NCBI GenBank assembly: GCA_963768655.1
Contig: CAVYIM010000005.1
Coordinates: forward strand, 128,001-192,000
DNA from: an uncultured Chloroflexia bacterium
GTDB taxonomy: Bacteria; Chloroflexota; Limnocylindria; Limnocylindrales; CSP1-4
Reading direction: 5' to 3'
Length of the DNA: 64,000 bases
This document shows positions 11,519 through 21,867 of this stretch, piece after piece. The number at the start of each line of letters is the position of its first letter. Positions within the stretch are counted from its first letter, which is position 1. Both the position numbers and the translations under genes were made by a program. The notes under the pieces are model-generated. The model did not search any database. It worked only from the letters and a program-made list of their open reading frames with translations, and was not told the origin of the DNA.

Positions 11519-12235
11519 TCAAACCCTGGGCACGGCCCGTTCCAGATGGGCCATGAACTCGTCCCGGGTCTCCTTCGTGGTCCGGAACACTCCCAGGACG
11601 CTGCTCGTGACCATCGTCGCGCCACCCTTCTGGACGCCGCGCATGGCCAGGCACAGGTGCTCGGCCTCGATTACGACACCCACGCCGTAGGGGTTCAGGC
11701 GCTGCTGCAGGAAGTCGGCGATCTGCTGGGTCATGCGCTCCTGGACCTGCAGCCGCCGCGCGTACATCTCCACGACACGCGGAATCTTGGAGAGCCCGAT
11801 GACGCGCCCTCGCGGCAGATAGCCCACGGAGGCGATCCCAAAGAACGGCAGCATGTGATGCTCGCACAGCGAGTAGAAAGGAATCCCTTTGATCACGACC
11901 ATCTCGCTGTAGCCGACGTCGAAGACGGCGCCGTTGATCAGCCGATCCGGGTCGACGCGGTAGCCGCACGTCAGCTCGAGCCACATCTTGTGCATCCGCT
12001 CCGGCGTGCGGAGCAGCCCCTCGCGCTCGGGATCCTCGCCGATCTCGGTGAGGATCTGGCGAACCGCCTGCTCGATGCCGCCGTCGGTCGTCCGAGTGCC
12101 GGCCGGGCGGCCCGCTGCCGACTCGGCCGCCGCCGCCGGTCCGCCGTCCTCGCCCGCCTCGATCTCCTCGACGAACTGGCGCATGTGCGCCTCGAGTTCG
12201 CTTCGATCTGTCGTGTCGGGCTGGTCGGGGGGCAT
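11519..12235 (-). CDS. folE: GTP cyclohydrolase I
   Basis: [46 protein letters not shown] gaaggag upstream. Confidence 0.95.
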   Translation of the reverse strand: MPPDQPDTTDRSELEAHMRQFVEEIEAGEDGGPAAAAESAAGRPAGTRTTDGGIEQAVRQILTEIGEDPEREGLLRTPERMHKMWLELTCGYRVDPDRLINGAVFDVGYSEMVVIKGIPFYSLCEHHMLPFFGIASVGYLPRGRVIGLSKIPRVVEMYARRLQVQERMTQQIADFLQQRLNPYGVGVVIEAEHLCLAMRGVQKGGATMVTSSVLGVFRTTKETRDEFMAHLERAVPRV

Positions 12236-12329
12236 CGGCTACTCCTTCCTCGCCATCGTACGCCGGATGCCGGCGCAGTGGCCGGGTCGCGGTTCTCCGC
12301 CCCGAAGTCGTGGGCCGTAGCATATGGGC

Positions 12330-12749
12330 ATGCCCAACCCGCCCGGAAGGAAACCGCGCCGGCGTCGTCCCGCCGCCCGCGCCATGAGCGCGCGCCAGTT
12401 CCAGGATCTCGTTGAACGTGCCCTCGATGCGATCCCTGCGCCGTACTCGCGCGCCCTCGACGAGGTCGTGGTCGTGGTGGAGGACGAGCTTTCGCCCGCG
12501 CAACGCCGCGAGTCAGGCCTGGGCCCGGGCGACGACCTGTACGGGCTATTCGAAGGTGTGCCCCGGACCGAATGGGCCGCCGACTGGGCGATGATCCCGA
12601 ACAAGATCACGCTCTTTCGGTTCGCCCTCGAGGAGGACTTCCCCGATCCGGTCGAGCTCGAGCACGAGGTCCGAGTAACGGTCCTCCACGAGCTGGGCCA
12701 CTACCTGGGCATCGACGACGATCGCCTGCACGAGCTGGGCGCATACTGA
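12330..12749 (+). CDS. Zincin-like metallopeptidase family protein (Zincin_1/DUF1025)
   Basis: [31 protein letters not shown] (HExxH). TAGCAT lies 6 nt upstream of ATG 12330. Confidence 0.88.
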   Translation: MPNPPGRKPRRRRPAARAMSARQFQDLVERALDAIPAPYSRALDEVVVVVEDELSPAQRRESGLGPGDDLYGLFEGVPRTEWAADWAMIPNKITLFRFALEEDFPDPVELEHEVRVTVLHELGHYLGIDDDRLHELGAY

Positions 12750-12756
12750 GGTGCGG

Positions 12757-13779
12757 CTACTCCACCGCCGCCGGGATCTCGAGTGGCGCCGCGCCCGCCA
12801 GCAATTCGCCGAGCCGCCCCGTTTCGACGTTGCCGCCGCTGAAGACCACGCAGACCCGATCGCCGTCGTGGATCGGGACCTCGCCGAACAGCACCGCCGC
12901 CAGCGCGGCGGCCCCGGCCGGCTCCACGAGCTGCTTCATCCGCTCCAGCGCGAAGCGCACCCCGGCCAGGATCGTGGCGTCGTCGATGAGGGCGATCCCG
13001 TCCAGGTAGCGTCGGGCCATGGCCATCGTCCACTCCCCTGCGAACGGCGAGCCCAGGCCGTCGGCCACCGACGCAGGCTGGATCGGCACGATCTCGCCGC
13101 GCTCCAGGGCGAGCGACAGGGCGTTGGACTTCTCGGGTTCCACGCCGTAGACACGCACGCCGGGCCGGGTCTCCTTGATCGCGGCCGCGGTCCCGGTGCA
13201 GAGCGCCCCGCCGCCGATCCCCGCGACCACGACGTCAACTTCGGGCAGGTCGTCGAGGATCTCCAGGCCGATCGTCCCCTGCCCGGCGATGATCAACGGA
13301 TCGTCGAACGGGGGCACGAACGTGAGCCCGCGCTCGGCCTGGACCTCATCCATCCGCTTCCACGTCTCGCCGACATGCTCGCCAAAGAGAATCACCTCGG
13401 CGCCGTAGCCGCGGCACGCGTCGACCTTCGAGCGGACCGCGCAGGCCGGCATCATGACGACGGCGTGGACCCCGGCCTCGTGGGCGGCCAGCGCCACTCC
13501 CTGGGCGTGGTTGCCGGCTGAGAGCGTGATGACGCCCGCCGCTCGTTCAGCCGCGGAGAGGGCTGCCATCTTGTTGAGCGCGCCGCGGATCTTGAAGGCG
13601 CCCGTCTTCTGGAGATGCTCCGCCTTGGCGTAGACGCGGCCGTCGGCCACCCGAACGCCGCGCGCCGCGAGCACCCGGGCGGCAGTCGACGAGGCCAGAA
13701 TGGGCGTGCGAGCGATGCCCCCGTCGAGGACGCGCCGGGCTTCGTGGAATCGTTCGAGCGGGACGATGCGGTCGGGCAT
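12757..13779 (-). CDS. PLP-dependent threonine/serine dehydratase family protein (no regulatory domain)
   Basis: KAEHLQKTGAFKIRGA, SAGNHAQG, PFDDP..IAGQGTIG, GIGGG, EPAGA, SGGN. Confidence 0.9.
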   Translation of the reverse strand: MPDRIVPLERFHEARRVLDGGIARTPILASSTAARVLAARGVRVADGRVYAKAEHLQKTGAFKIRGALNKMAALSAAERAAGVITLSAGNHAQGVALAAHEAGVHAVVMMPACAVRSKVDACRGYGAEVILFGEHVGETWKRMDEVQAERGLTFVPPFDDPLIIAGQGTIGLEILDDLPEVDVVVAGIGGGALCTGTAAAIKETRPGVRVYGVEPEKSNALSLALERGEIVPIQPASVADGLGSPFAGEWTMAMARRYLDGIALIDDATILAGVRFALERMKQLVEPAGAAALAAVLFGEVPIHDGDRVCVVFSGGNVETGRLGELLAGAAPLEIPAAVE

Positions 13780-13848
13780 GCGGCAAGTATGGCGCCGGAT
13801 GCCGCGCCGGGCCGGGCCCGGCCGGCCACGCCGCAACGCGACGGCGAT

Positions 13849-13874
13849 GCAACCTGGGGCTCGCGTCGAGCATC
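13849..13874 (+). promoter_or_regulatory. Candidate ECF sigma autoregulatory promoter (GCAAC-N17-CATC)
   Basis: AAC-type -35 with 17-nt spacing to CATC, about 55 nt upstream of the sigma gene. Resemblance to the ECF consensus only. Confidence 0.35.
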
Positions 13875-13928
13875 GATACAGGTAGAGGCAACGGCCGGCG
13901 GCCAATCCGCCGGCTCAGAGGGAGGCAG

Positions 13929-14471
13929 ATGGAGCGAGCGCTCGTCGAGAGAGCCCGATCGGGCGATCGCGCTGCCTTCGATGCCGTCGTCCGCAGCCGG
14001 ATCGATGCCGTGTACCGCACCTCGCTCGCGATCCTTGGCGCAGAGGCCGACGCCGCCGACGCGACGCAGGAGACCTTCGTCTCGGCCTGGTGCCATCGTG
14101 AAGCCCTGCGCGATCCGGACCTCTTCGACGCCTGGCTCGGGCGCATCAACTTGAACGCCTGCCGGGCGCAGCTCCGGCGTCGGGGTCGAACCGGCGTGCG
14201 CGAGCTTCGACTGCCGGAGCCCGAAGAAGGCCGTGAGCCGGCCTCGACCGAACCCGCCCTCGACGACCGAACGGCCGACGCCGAAGTCTTCGATCGAGCC
14301 TTCGCCCGCCTGTCGGTCGACGACCGCGCCGTGCTCGTTCTGCATCACCTGCAGGAGCGATCGGTCGCCGAGATAGCGACGGCCTTCGGCGCGGCCGAGG
14401 GAACGATCAAGTCCCGACTCCACCGCGCCCGCGCGGCGCTCGAGTCGGCGCTGGCGAAGGAGTCGCGATGA
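13929..14471 (+). CDS. ECF RNA polymerase sigma-70 factor
   Basis: Region 2 (DAADATQETF...FDAWL) and region 4 (EIA...GTIKSRLHRAR). RBS ggagg upstream. Confidence 0.92.
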   Translation: MERALVERARSGDRAAFDAVVRSRIDAVYRTSLAILGAEADAADATQETFVSAWCHREALRDPDLFDAWLGRINLNACRAQLRRRGRTGVRELRLPEPEEGREPASTEPALDDRTADAEVFDRAFARLSVDDRAVLVLHHLQERSVAEIATAFGAAEGTIKSRLHRARAALESALAKESR

Positions 14472-16952
14472 ACGACCAGCCGCTTCCCATCGACTCGGCG
14501 CTCCGCGAGCAGCTGGCGCGTCGTTCGGCCGGACGGCTGCCCGAAGGGCTCCTGGCCGGCGTGTCGGCCGCGCTCGATGCGGCCGCGGCACCGCGCGTCG
14601 CTCGATCGCCGCGGCTGGCCTGGCGCATTCCGCGACTGGTCGCGGCCGCGATGGGCCTGGCGCTCGTTGCCACTCTCGCGGTCGCCATCGCGCTCCCGGA
14701 GTTCCGGGGCGGACCGGCGACCCCGCTCGCCGGCTACCCGACAGACCGCGCTCTCACGACCGCCGAGCTGGCCGCGCTCCTGGCCGGCCCGCCGCTCGCA
14801 ATCAACACACCGCTGGTCGTCTCCGCCACGATCGACGTCCGCTCCGACGTCTGCCCGATGAACCGCTACCCGACGGCGGGCGTAATCGACGGCATGGACC
14901 CGCAGGTCTGCGTGATGCAAGGCGGCCTGCCGCCCATGCTCACAGGAACGAAGGCTACCGGGACGTTCGCGCTGCGGTACCTCGGCGCGCGGACGTTCGG
15001 ACTCCTGGGCGAGATCACGCCGGCGTCCTCATCGAAGCTGGCCTTCCATGTGGCCGACGACTGGCCGCTCACCGGCAAGACGTTCCTCGTCGACGGCTGG
15101 CTTGGAGCAAATGTCAACCCTGCGCCATGCGCCTCGGAGGAATCCGTCTCCTATGGGGATCCGCTCGACCCGACCGGCAACGCTTGCGGGCACGAATACT
15201 GGCTGGCGGACGACCCCACGGCATACCCTTCCGAGTCGACCGCGATGCCAGTCCCGCCCACAGGAGCCCGGGCGGTGGGAGCGTACGGCATGAGCTTCTT
15301 CGACTCGGTGCCGGACAATGCCCTGATCCACGGCGTCTTCGTCGTCCGCAGCGTGGTCGAGCAGTGCCCGAGCGCGCCGCCCCAGAGTAACGTCGGCTGC
15401 AGCGCGTGGCTGGTGCTCGCGAAGCTCGCCGACATCGCGTTGCCCGAGCCGACCGCGCCGCCGACCGCCGCTCCAACCGCAACACCGACCGCCGGCTACC
15501 CGGCGGATCGGGCCCTGACTACCGCCGAGCTTGCTGCGCTGATGAGCGGACCGGCACTGCCCACGGACACCGCCCTCGTCGCCGCGGTCACGATCGACGC
15601 CAGGACCGACGTCTGCCCGATGAACCGCTACCCGACCATCGGAGTCATCGACGGCATCGAATTCGCAGGTCTGCGTGATGGGCGCCGGAGTGTACGCCTT
15701 CCTGACGACCGCCAGCGAGACCGGTACCTTCGCCTTTCGGTTTCTCGCCCCCGGCATCCTGGGCCTGCTCGGCGAGATCACGCCGGCCTCTACTTCGCAG
15801 TTGACCTTCAAGGCCTCTGACGCCTGGCCGACCGTGGGCAGCACGTTCCTGGTCGACGGCTGGCTATACGACATGAATGGCTGGAACGGCTTCCCCCGGG
15901 TATCGGGGTCCGTCCAGTACGTTTGCCCCGACAATACTCCTGAGCCCGCAGGCGATCCGCTCGACCCCACCGGCTCAGACTGGTGCATCTACACGTGGCT
16001 CGGCAATTCGAGCGCCGGACCATCCTTCCCATTCGGCCCCGAGGACGCCCGACCCGTCGAGGCCGCCGGAATGGTCCAGATCGACGCCATCCCGACCGCC
16101 ACTGCCGTCTACGGCACATACGTAGTGCGAACGGTGAGCGAGCAGTGCCCCCATGCTTCGTCCGGGGACACTCGTAACTGCGGGCGTATTCTTGCCAGGG
16201 TGGCGGACACGCTGAACCTGACGCCGAGCGTCGCGACTCTGACGCCCACTCCGACGCCCACACCGACGCCGGCGGTCGCTCCGACGCCGACGGCCACGCC
16301 GGCGGACGCTCCGTCGGCCACTGTGACGCCGGTCGCCCTTCCGACCGGCTCGGCCGACCAGGCGCCCATCGGCCTCATGGGCTCGGGCAATCGCCCGTTC
16401 AACGCGGGTGAGTTCGCCACGCTGTGGGCCGCCGACCCGGCGCACCTCGCCGGCCGCATCGTGATCGTCAAGGGACCGGTTCCGACGGGCTTCGAGTGCT
16501 GGTCCGCCGGCGCGGCCGACGCGGCGGTGCCGTCGCCGGCCTGCCACCTCGCGATCCTCGACGGCTGGGTTGCCCAGGAAGGCTACTGGGCAGTGCGTGT
16601 CGGGGCGGACGGCAAGCTGGCGATCGTCGGCCAGATCGCGACAACGCAGGGCAGCTTCGTCTTCACGCTCGAACAGGCCGTGGCGGCCTGGGACGGGTCG
16701 GCCTGGGGCGATCTGCTGATCGTGGACGCCTCACTCTATTGGACGAACGATTGCAGGTGGTCCACGGAACCTTCGGCCATCGCCTGCTCCACGTCGGTGC
16801 TCAGCTCCGAGAACGTCGAGCAACAAGTCCAGCCGGATGATGCCTATCAGCTCTTCGGATCGAACGTCGTCGGTCAGGCCATCGAGGGCCTCTACCTGGT
16901 CGACAGCAAGACCGGGACGATCCTGGCCCGGCTCGAAGCGGCGACGCCGTAG
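14468..16952 (+). CDS. Putative membrane-anchored anti-sigma factor with a repeated Cys-rich extracellular domain; apparent +1 frameshift near 15662
   Basis: Overlaps the sigma stop (ATGA) and has a single TM helix. The domain GYP-x-DRALTTAEL...DVCPMNRYPT...TFLVDGWL occurs twice, and the second copy continues only if one T is removed at about 15662, joining ORFs 14468-15820 and 15675-16952. Confidence 0.8.
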
Positions 16953-17055
16953 CGGGCAACTCGGCCTCCGGCGTCGTGCCTATGGCGGTAACATTCGGGC
17001 ACACCGTCGCCAGCCGCGAAGCTGGTCCAGCCGCAGCCACTCAGGAGTGGGTCGA

Positions 17056-17676
17056 ATGCCGGGCTTCACCCCGTTCACCAGCAACTACGAAGATCTCTCG
17101 ACGAACCAGGGCTACCAATTCGAATTCCGCTGCGACATCTGCGGCAGCGGTTACCGCAGCCAGTACGAGAAGAACCTTCTCGGAACCGGCGCCTCGATCC
17201 TCGGCGGCGCAAGCAATCTCATCGGCGGGCTGTGGGGAGCACGCAACGCGGCCGACAGCGCTCAGCAGATCACCGACCGCGACGCCCGCGACAAGGCCCT
17301 CCAGAAGGCCTCCAACGAGATCATGCCGCTGTTCCACCGCTGCGTTCGGTGCAACAAGTGGGTGGACGAGACCTGCTTCAACAAGGCGCGCGGCCTGTGC
17401 GTCAGCTGCGCCCCCAACCTGGCCGCGGAGATGGAAGCCGAGCGCTCCTCCGTCGAGATCGATCAGATGCGCCAGGCCGTCCAGGCGCAGCAGGTCTTCT
17501 CGGGCGACGTCAGCGCCCGCGCCACCGAATGCCCCAACTGCGGCAAGCCGGTCGGCAGCGAGAAGTTCTGCGGCAACTGCGGCACGCCACTGGGAGTTTC
17601 GAAGTGCTCCAAGTGCGGCGCCGAGCTGGCAGCCGACGCGCGCTTCTGCGGCAACTGCGGCAACAAGGTCGGCTAG
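17056..17676 (+). CDS. Zinc-ribbon (double zinc ribbon) domain protein
   Basis: RBS ggag. CxxC pairs CDIC, CVRC, CVSC, CPNC, CGNC, CSKC, CGNC. Confidence 0.88.
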   Translation: MPGFTPFTSNYEDLSTNQGYQFEFRCDICGSGYRSQYEKNLLGTGASILGGASNLIGGLWGARNAADSAQQITDRDARDKALQKASNEIMPLFHRCVRCNKWVDETCFNKARGLCVSCAPNLAAEMEAERSSVEIDQMRQAVQAQQVFSGDVSARATECPNCGKPVGSEKFCGNCGTPLGVSKCSKCGAELAADARFCGNCGNKVG

Positions 17677-17724
17677 GTCGACGCGGGGCGCCAGCCCTGG
17701 CAGCACCGGGCGGTCCGCGTGCCC

Positions 17725-18023
17725 CATTCGCTACGGATATGAGCGCGACCGGTTCGGGCGGGCGCGAGAGCGCGGCGCGGCGCGGTCATTCGCTACGGGT
17801 ATGAGCGCGACCGGTTCGGGCGGGCGCGACAGCGCGGCGCGGCGCGGCGCGGTCATTCGCTACGGGTATGAGCGCGACCGGTTCGGGCGGGCGCGACAGC
17901 GCGGCGCGGCGCGGCGCGGTCATTCGCTACGGATATGAGCGCGACCGGTTCGGGCGGGCGCGACAGCGCGGCGCGGCGCGGCGCGGTCATTCGCTACGGG
18001 TATGAGCGCGACCGGTTCGGGCG
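17725..18023. repeat. Tandem array A: units of 62, 67, 67 and 67 bp plus a partial fifth; core cattcgctacggRtatgagcgcgaccggtt
   Basis: Core starts at 17725, 17787, 17854, 17921 and 17988. Intergenic between convergent genes; same family as the array at 37092. Confidence 0.95.
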
Positions 18024-18083
18024 TCGGGCCGAGCAGGAGGCGGGGGCGTGGGCGCCGGAAGGCAGCCCGGCGTCTCCGGCTGC

Positions 18084-18506
18084 TCAGCCGGCCGCGGACC
18101 TGCGCCCGCGGCGCCACAGGGTGAGGCCGAGCGCCACCATGGCCAGCCCGACGACGAAGTAGATCGGTTCGACAATCGATCGCGGGCTGGTGCTGGCCGT
18201 GTTCTGGTTGAGCACCCCCAGCTCGCCGACGATCCAGCCGACGAGCACCAGGCCGGCAGCGACCGACACCTGCGCGCCGGCGCGTGGGAATCGGGCGGTG
18301 GCCAACGCCGCCATAGCGGCGCTGCCGCCGACCAGCACCGCCAGGATCGCGCCGGGCAGGACGTAGTCGTGAAACGGCGACCCGGCCAGCCACTCGCGGG
18401 GGAACTGGTCGGCGTCGAGGGCCACGGCAACTCCGCCGATGACCGCCGAAACGGCCGCGGAGAGATCGACCACGAACAGGGCGAAGCGGATGCGGCCAGA
18501 TCCCAA
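18084..18506 (-). CDS. Small multi-pass membrane protein (about four TM helices)
   Basis: Four hydrophobic segments and a WLAGSPFHDYVLPGAIL motif. TTG start is uncertain. Confidence 0.75.
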   Translation of the reverse strand: MGSGRIRFALFVVDLSAAVSAVIGGVAVALDADQFPREWLAGSPFHDYVLPGAILAVLVGGSAAMAALATARFPRAGAQVSVAAGLVLVGWIVGELGVLNQNTASTSPRSIVEPIYFVVGLAMVALGLTLWRRGRRSAAG

Positions 18507-18626
18507 AGGCTGACTCCGTTGCTAGAGCGGCAGCGGCTGACGTCGGCGGCCTGGTCCGGCGGCGGGCGTCGTCCGGCCGGCGGTCCGGCAGGTCGTCCGG
18601 CCGGGTCGTCCGGGCGGCGGTCCGGC

Positions 18627-19052
18627 TCAGCCGGCCATCGTCCCGCAAATCGTGCAGAAGCGAGCGCCGGCGGGAAGCGGCGCCCCGCAGCCGGAACACT
18701 TGCCGGCGGGCGCCGGCGGAGGGGCAGCCGGCTGGGCCGCGGCCGGAGCGGGAGCCGGGGCGGCGGGTGGTTGCGGAGCCGGGGGGGCGGCCGGCGGGGG
18801 TGGAGCAGCCCGGCCGAGGGCACCAGTGGTGGTCGCCGCACCGGTGGTGGCAGTACCGGTCCCCGGAGGCGGTGCCACCAGCGAAGCGCCGCACGATGGG
18901 CACACGACCCACGCCGGATCCTCGACGATCTTCCGGCACGTGGGGCAGCGCTTCGGCGAGAACGGCTCGACCTGACCGCAGAACGGGCACGCCGCCGAGA
19001 TCCGGTCGATGAACTTGCCGCAATACGGGCACGGGTGCTTGAAAGTCGGCAT
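18627..19052 (-). CDS. Multi zinc-ribbon protein with a Pro/Ala linker
   Basis: CPYC, CPFC, CPTC, CPSC, then CSGC and CTIC. RBS aggag upstream. Confidence 0.88.
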   Translation of the reverse strand: MPTFKHPCPYCGKFIDRISAACPFCGQVEPFSPKRCPTCRKIVEDPAWVVCPSCGASLVAPPPGTGTATTGAATTTGALGRAAPPPPAAPPAPQPPAAPAPAPAAAQPAAPPPAPAGKCSGCGAPLPAGARFCTICGTMAG

Positions 19053-19064
19053 CGTCCGCTCCTA

Positions 19065-20744
19065 TCAGCTGGCTGTGCCCGAAGGCTTCGAATTGGTTGC
19101 GGCGGCCTCGCCGGGAGCCGCGGCCTCGGCGGCCGTCGTCGAGCCCGGGGCGGCGTCTTCGGGCGTGGCGTCAGGCTCGCCTCCGCCGTCGCCTCCGCCG
19201 TCGCCTCCGTCATCGCCACCGCCGTCGCCGCCCGCGGCGGAGATCTGCGCTTCCTGGGCCGCGCGGCCCGGCCACTCGGCCGCCTCGTCCCGCGCCGAAC
19301 CGTGCCAGCGGATCAGATCCGCCACGGCCGCCGACCAGCTGGCCGGGTCGCGGTGGACGATCCGGGCCACGAAACGCGTCCGCGCCCAGGCCAGGCTCGG
19401 CAGCACCGCCAGGGCGAGCCGGTAGCGCAGGTATTGCGGCAGCCGCAGCTGATCGGCGGGCAGGGCCATCGGCTCGCGCAGGAAGCGGATGTCGACCAGC
19501 GCCTCGCTGACGTCCCGGACAGCCTGCTCGGCCGCGATGCCCAGCTGCTCCGGCGGCTCGCCCCTGTACTGGGTTCTCGGCATGACGCGGAAGAAGTAGG
19601 TGGCGTGGGCTCCGGCGGTGACCAGCTCCAGCGCGACCAGGTTGCCCGGCATGGCGATCAGGAACCAGATCTTGTTGGTGTCGCTGCCCGGATCCACCGG
19701 CGACATGGCGACCCATCGCGGCGCCGCCGCACCGGCGGTCGAACACAGCGACCTGTAGCTGTCGGCGAAGGTCGGCTCGCCCAGGACCGCGGTCTCGACG
19801 ATCGGCCAGCCCGTGTCGCTGAACTCCTGGGGCCGCGTGGGCCGGCCGTCGACGAGCAGCTCGCCGGCCTTCTGGCGCACGCCAAACGGCGCATCGGGGA
19901 GTAGCTGGTCGACGAACGCGGAGGCGTCGTCGAAGGCACCGTCGCGGAGCTTCAGCAGCGTGTCGTGGAGTCGGGTCGCAGCCTGGCCGAGCCCCCGCAG
20001 CGTGAGCGTGCCGGGCTCGCCGTCCACGACGACGAGGCCGGGCGAAGGCTGCGTCACCGTCGCGATCCCCGCGCGCCGGTAATGAATCCACGTGGCCCGC
20101 TCGTCTACCGGGCAGACCACGAAGCCCCAGGGATGGATCACGAACTGGCCGACGCCGGTCGTCGGCGTCGCGGGCCCATCGGGACCGGGCCCGAGGGGAG
20201 CCATCGTCGGCTGCCATTCGAACTCGAGCAACTCGGCGGGATCGTCGGGCACCTTCACGAGCCCGTCGGTCAGGCGCTGCTTCAGGCGACGCTCGCGCAG
20301 CTCGCGCACGATCGGCCCGAGCTTGTCGCCGAACTGCTCGAGCATCCAGCGCATCGCGTCGGGGCCGTCGCCGAGCACGATGAGCGCTGTCGACTGCGAG
20401 ATCGCGATCAGGCTGAGGTCGCGATAGCCGGCGCGAATCGGTCGCCCGCCCCCGACTTCGAGTGTCAGCCCGGTGTCGTCCAGGCTGAGCTTCGCCCCCG
20501 TCAGCGCGGTGTTCGGCCCGGCCGGTCGAGCCTGGCCCTCGTACACCACGACCGTCATCTTGGGCGCCGGACCATCGTGCGCGGCCTCGTCGAGCCCGCC
20601 CGCGCCCATCGGCCCGCGCTGGTCGCCAGCGCCTCCCCGCTGCTGAGGCAGGCCGAGCATCCCGGCCACGCCCGCGAGATTCGCGGGACCGCCCCCCTGC
20701 CGCGGGTTTCCTGGGCCGCCCTTGCCGAAGCCGCCGCCATCCAT
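19065..20744 (-). CDS. Hypothetical protein, possibly with two PH-like beta domains
   Basis: Long ORF with protein-like composition. Start placed at ATG 20744 because TACGAT lies 6 nt upstream. Co-oriented with the zinc-ribbon gene. Confidence 0.75.
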   Translation of the reverse strand: MDGGGFGKGGPGNPRQGGGPANLAGVAGMLGLPQQRGGAGDQRGPMGAGGLDEAAHDGPAPKMTVVVYEGQARPAGPNTALTGAKLSLDDTGLTLEVGGGRPIRAGYRDLSLIAISQSTALIVLGDGPDAMRWMLEQFGDKLGPIVRELRERRLKQRLTDGLVKVPDDPAELLEFEWQPTMAPLGPGPDGPATPTTGVGQFVIHPWGFVVCPVDERATWIHYRRAGIATVTQPSPGLVVVDGEPGTLTLRGLGQAATRLHDTLLKLRDGAFDDASAFVDQLLPDAPFGVRQKAGELLVDGRPTRPQEFSDTGWPIVETAVLGEPTFADSYRSLCSTAGAAAPRWVAMSPVDPGSDTNKIWFLIAMPGNLVALELVTAGAHATYFFRVMPRTQYRGEPPEQLGIAAEQAVRDVSEALVDIRFLREPMALPADQLRLPQYLRYRLALAVLPSLAWARTRFVARIVHRDPASWSAAVADLIRWHGSARDEAAEWPGRAAQEAQISAAGGDGGGDDGGDGGGDGGGEPDATPEDAAPGSTTAAEAAAPGEAAATNSKPSGTAS

Positions 20745-20807
20745 GCCGCCATCGTAGCCGGACGGGCACGAATCCGCGCCGCCGGCACGGCACTCCCGGC
20801 CCCGGCG

Positions 20808-20893
20808 CCGCCGATCCGCGGCCGACGCCAGCGCCACGAACCGCCCGCCGATCCGCGGCCGACGCGCGCGCCACGAACCGCCCGCCAATCCGC
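20808..20893. repeat. 37-bp tandem repeat (about 2.3 copies) in a divergent intergenic region
   Basis: ccgccgatccgcggccgacgc(ca/gc)gcgccacgaaccgc at 20808 and 20845, partial copy at 20882. Confidence 0.8.
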
Positions 20894-20937
20894 CAGGCGC
20901 GATGACATCCGGAGCTTGACGGATCGACCGGCTTGCT

Positions 20938-21867
20938 ATGCTTCCCGGGCCAGAACCGTGCCCACGCGGAGGCTCTCAGTTGCTCAGGCGAGACGGCCCA
21001 GGGGAGGGCGGACCGAGACGCGGCGGGGCGTACTCCTCGCGCGCGCTGCGGCTGGTTGCGGTCGCCACGCTCGTCGTCGTCGTGGGCATCGTCATCGGGG
21101 CCGCAAGCCGGCCGCACGCGGTCGAGTTGTCTCTCTCGACCCCGCAGCAGGGCGACCTGGCAGTCCTTGCACTGCTGGCGTTGTCTGCGGCACTTGGCCT
21201 GCTCCTGGGATGGAATCCGAGTGCGCTCTGGGTGGTGCCCCCGGGCGGGGCAGTCGCTCAACAGGGCAAGAAGTCGAGGCTCCCGTGGGGAGTCAGGCTC
21301 ATCCTCACGCTGTTGCCGTTCCTGGTTCTGGCCTTCCTGCTCGCCGCGGCAAGGCACCTCTCCGGCACGGACCGCCAGCCGACCAACGTGTCGCCCGGCA
21401 CACCGCCGCTCGTCAGCAATCCGCCGACTACGAACGATGCGGGTCTCCTGCTGGCCTGTCTGGTCCTGGTCGTCGCCGGCTTCCTGGTCACCGCGGTGCT
21501 GCTCCGGAGATCGCGGCCGGCTGGTTTCGTCCAGGCCGCTCCACGCGAACCGATCACGGCGATACTGGACGAGGGTCTCGGCGCCCTGCTGGCTGAGCAC
21601 GACCCACGCAAGGCGGTAATTGCCGCCTACGTCGCGATGGAGCGGGCGATGGCACGTAGAGGGTGGGCCAGGCGCCCGCACGAGGCCCCGACGGAGTACC
21701 TGACCCGTGTCCTGGGTGTGGCGCCGGGTTCGGCCCACGATCTCGACGATCTCGTGAGCCTGTACGAGTACGCCAGGTTCAGCGAGCACACCGTCACGCC
21801 GGCCATGCGGGACACCGCCGTGGATTCCGTCCGGCGGCTTCGGGCCGAGCTTGCGGAGCCGGCGTGA
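20938..21867 (+). CDS. DUF4129-like membrane protein
   Basis: TM segments followed by DPRKAVIAAY..ME...RRPHEAPTEYL...LYEYARFS. First gene of the MoxR operon; start uncertain. Confidence 0.82.
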   Translation: MLPGPEPCPRGGSQLLRRDGPGEGGPRRGGAYSSRALRLVAVATLVVVVGIVIGAASRPHAVELSLSTPQQGDLAVLALLALSAALGLLLGWNPSALWVVPPGGAVAQQGKKSRLPWGVRLILTLLPFLVLAFLLAAARHLSGTDRQPTNVSPGTPPLVSNPPTTNDAGLLLACLVLVVAGFLVTAVLLRRSRPAGFVQAAPREPITAILDEGLGALLAEHDPRKAVIAAYVAMERAMARRGWARRPHEAPTEYLTRVLGVAPGSAHDLDDLVSLYEYARFSEHTVTPAMRDTAVDSVRRLRAELAEPA

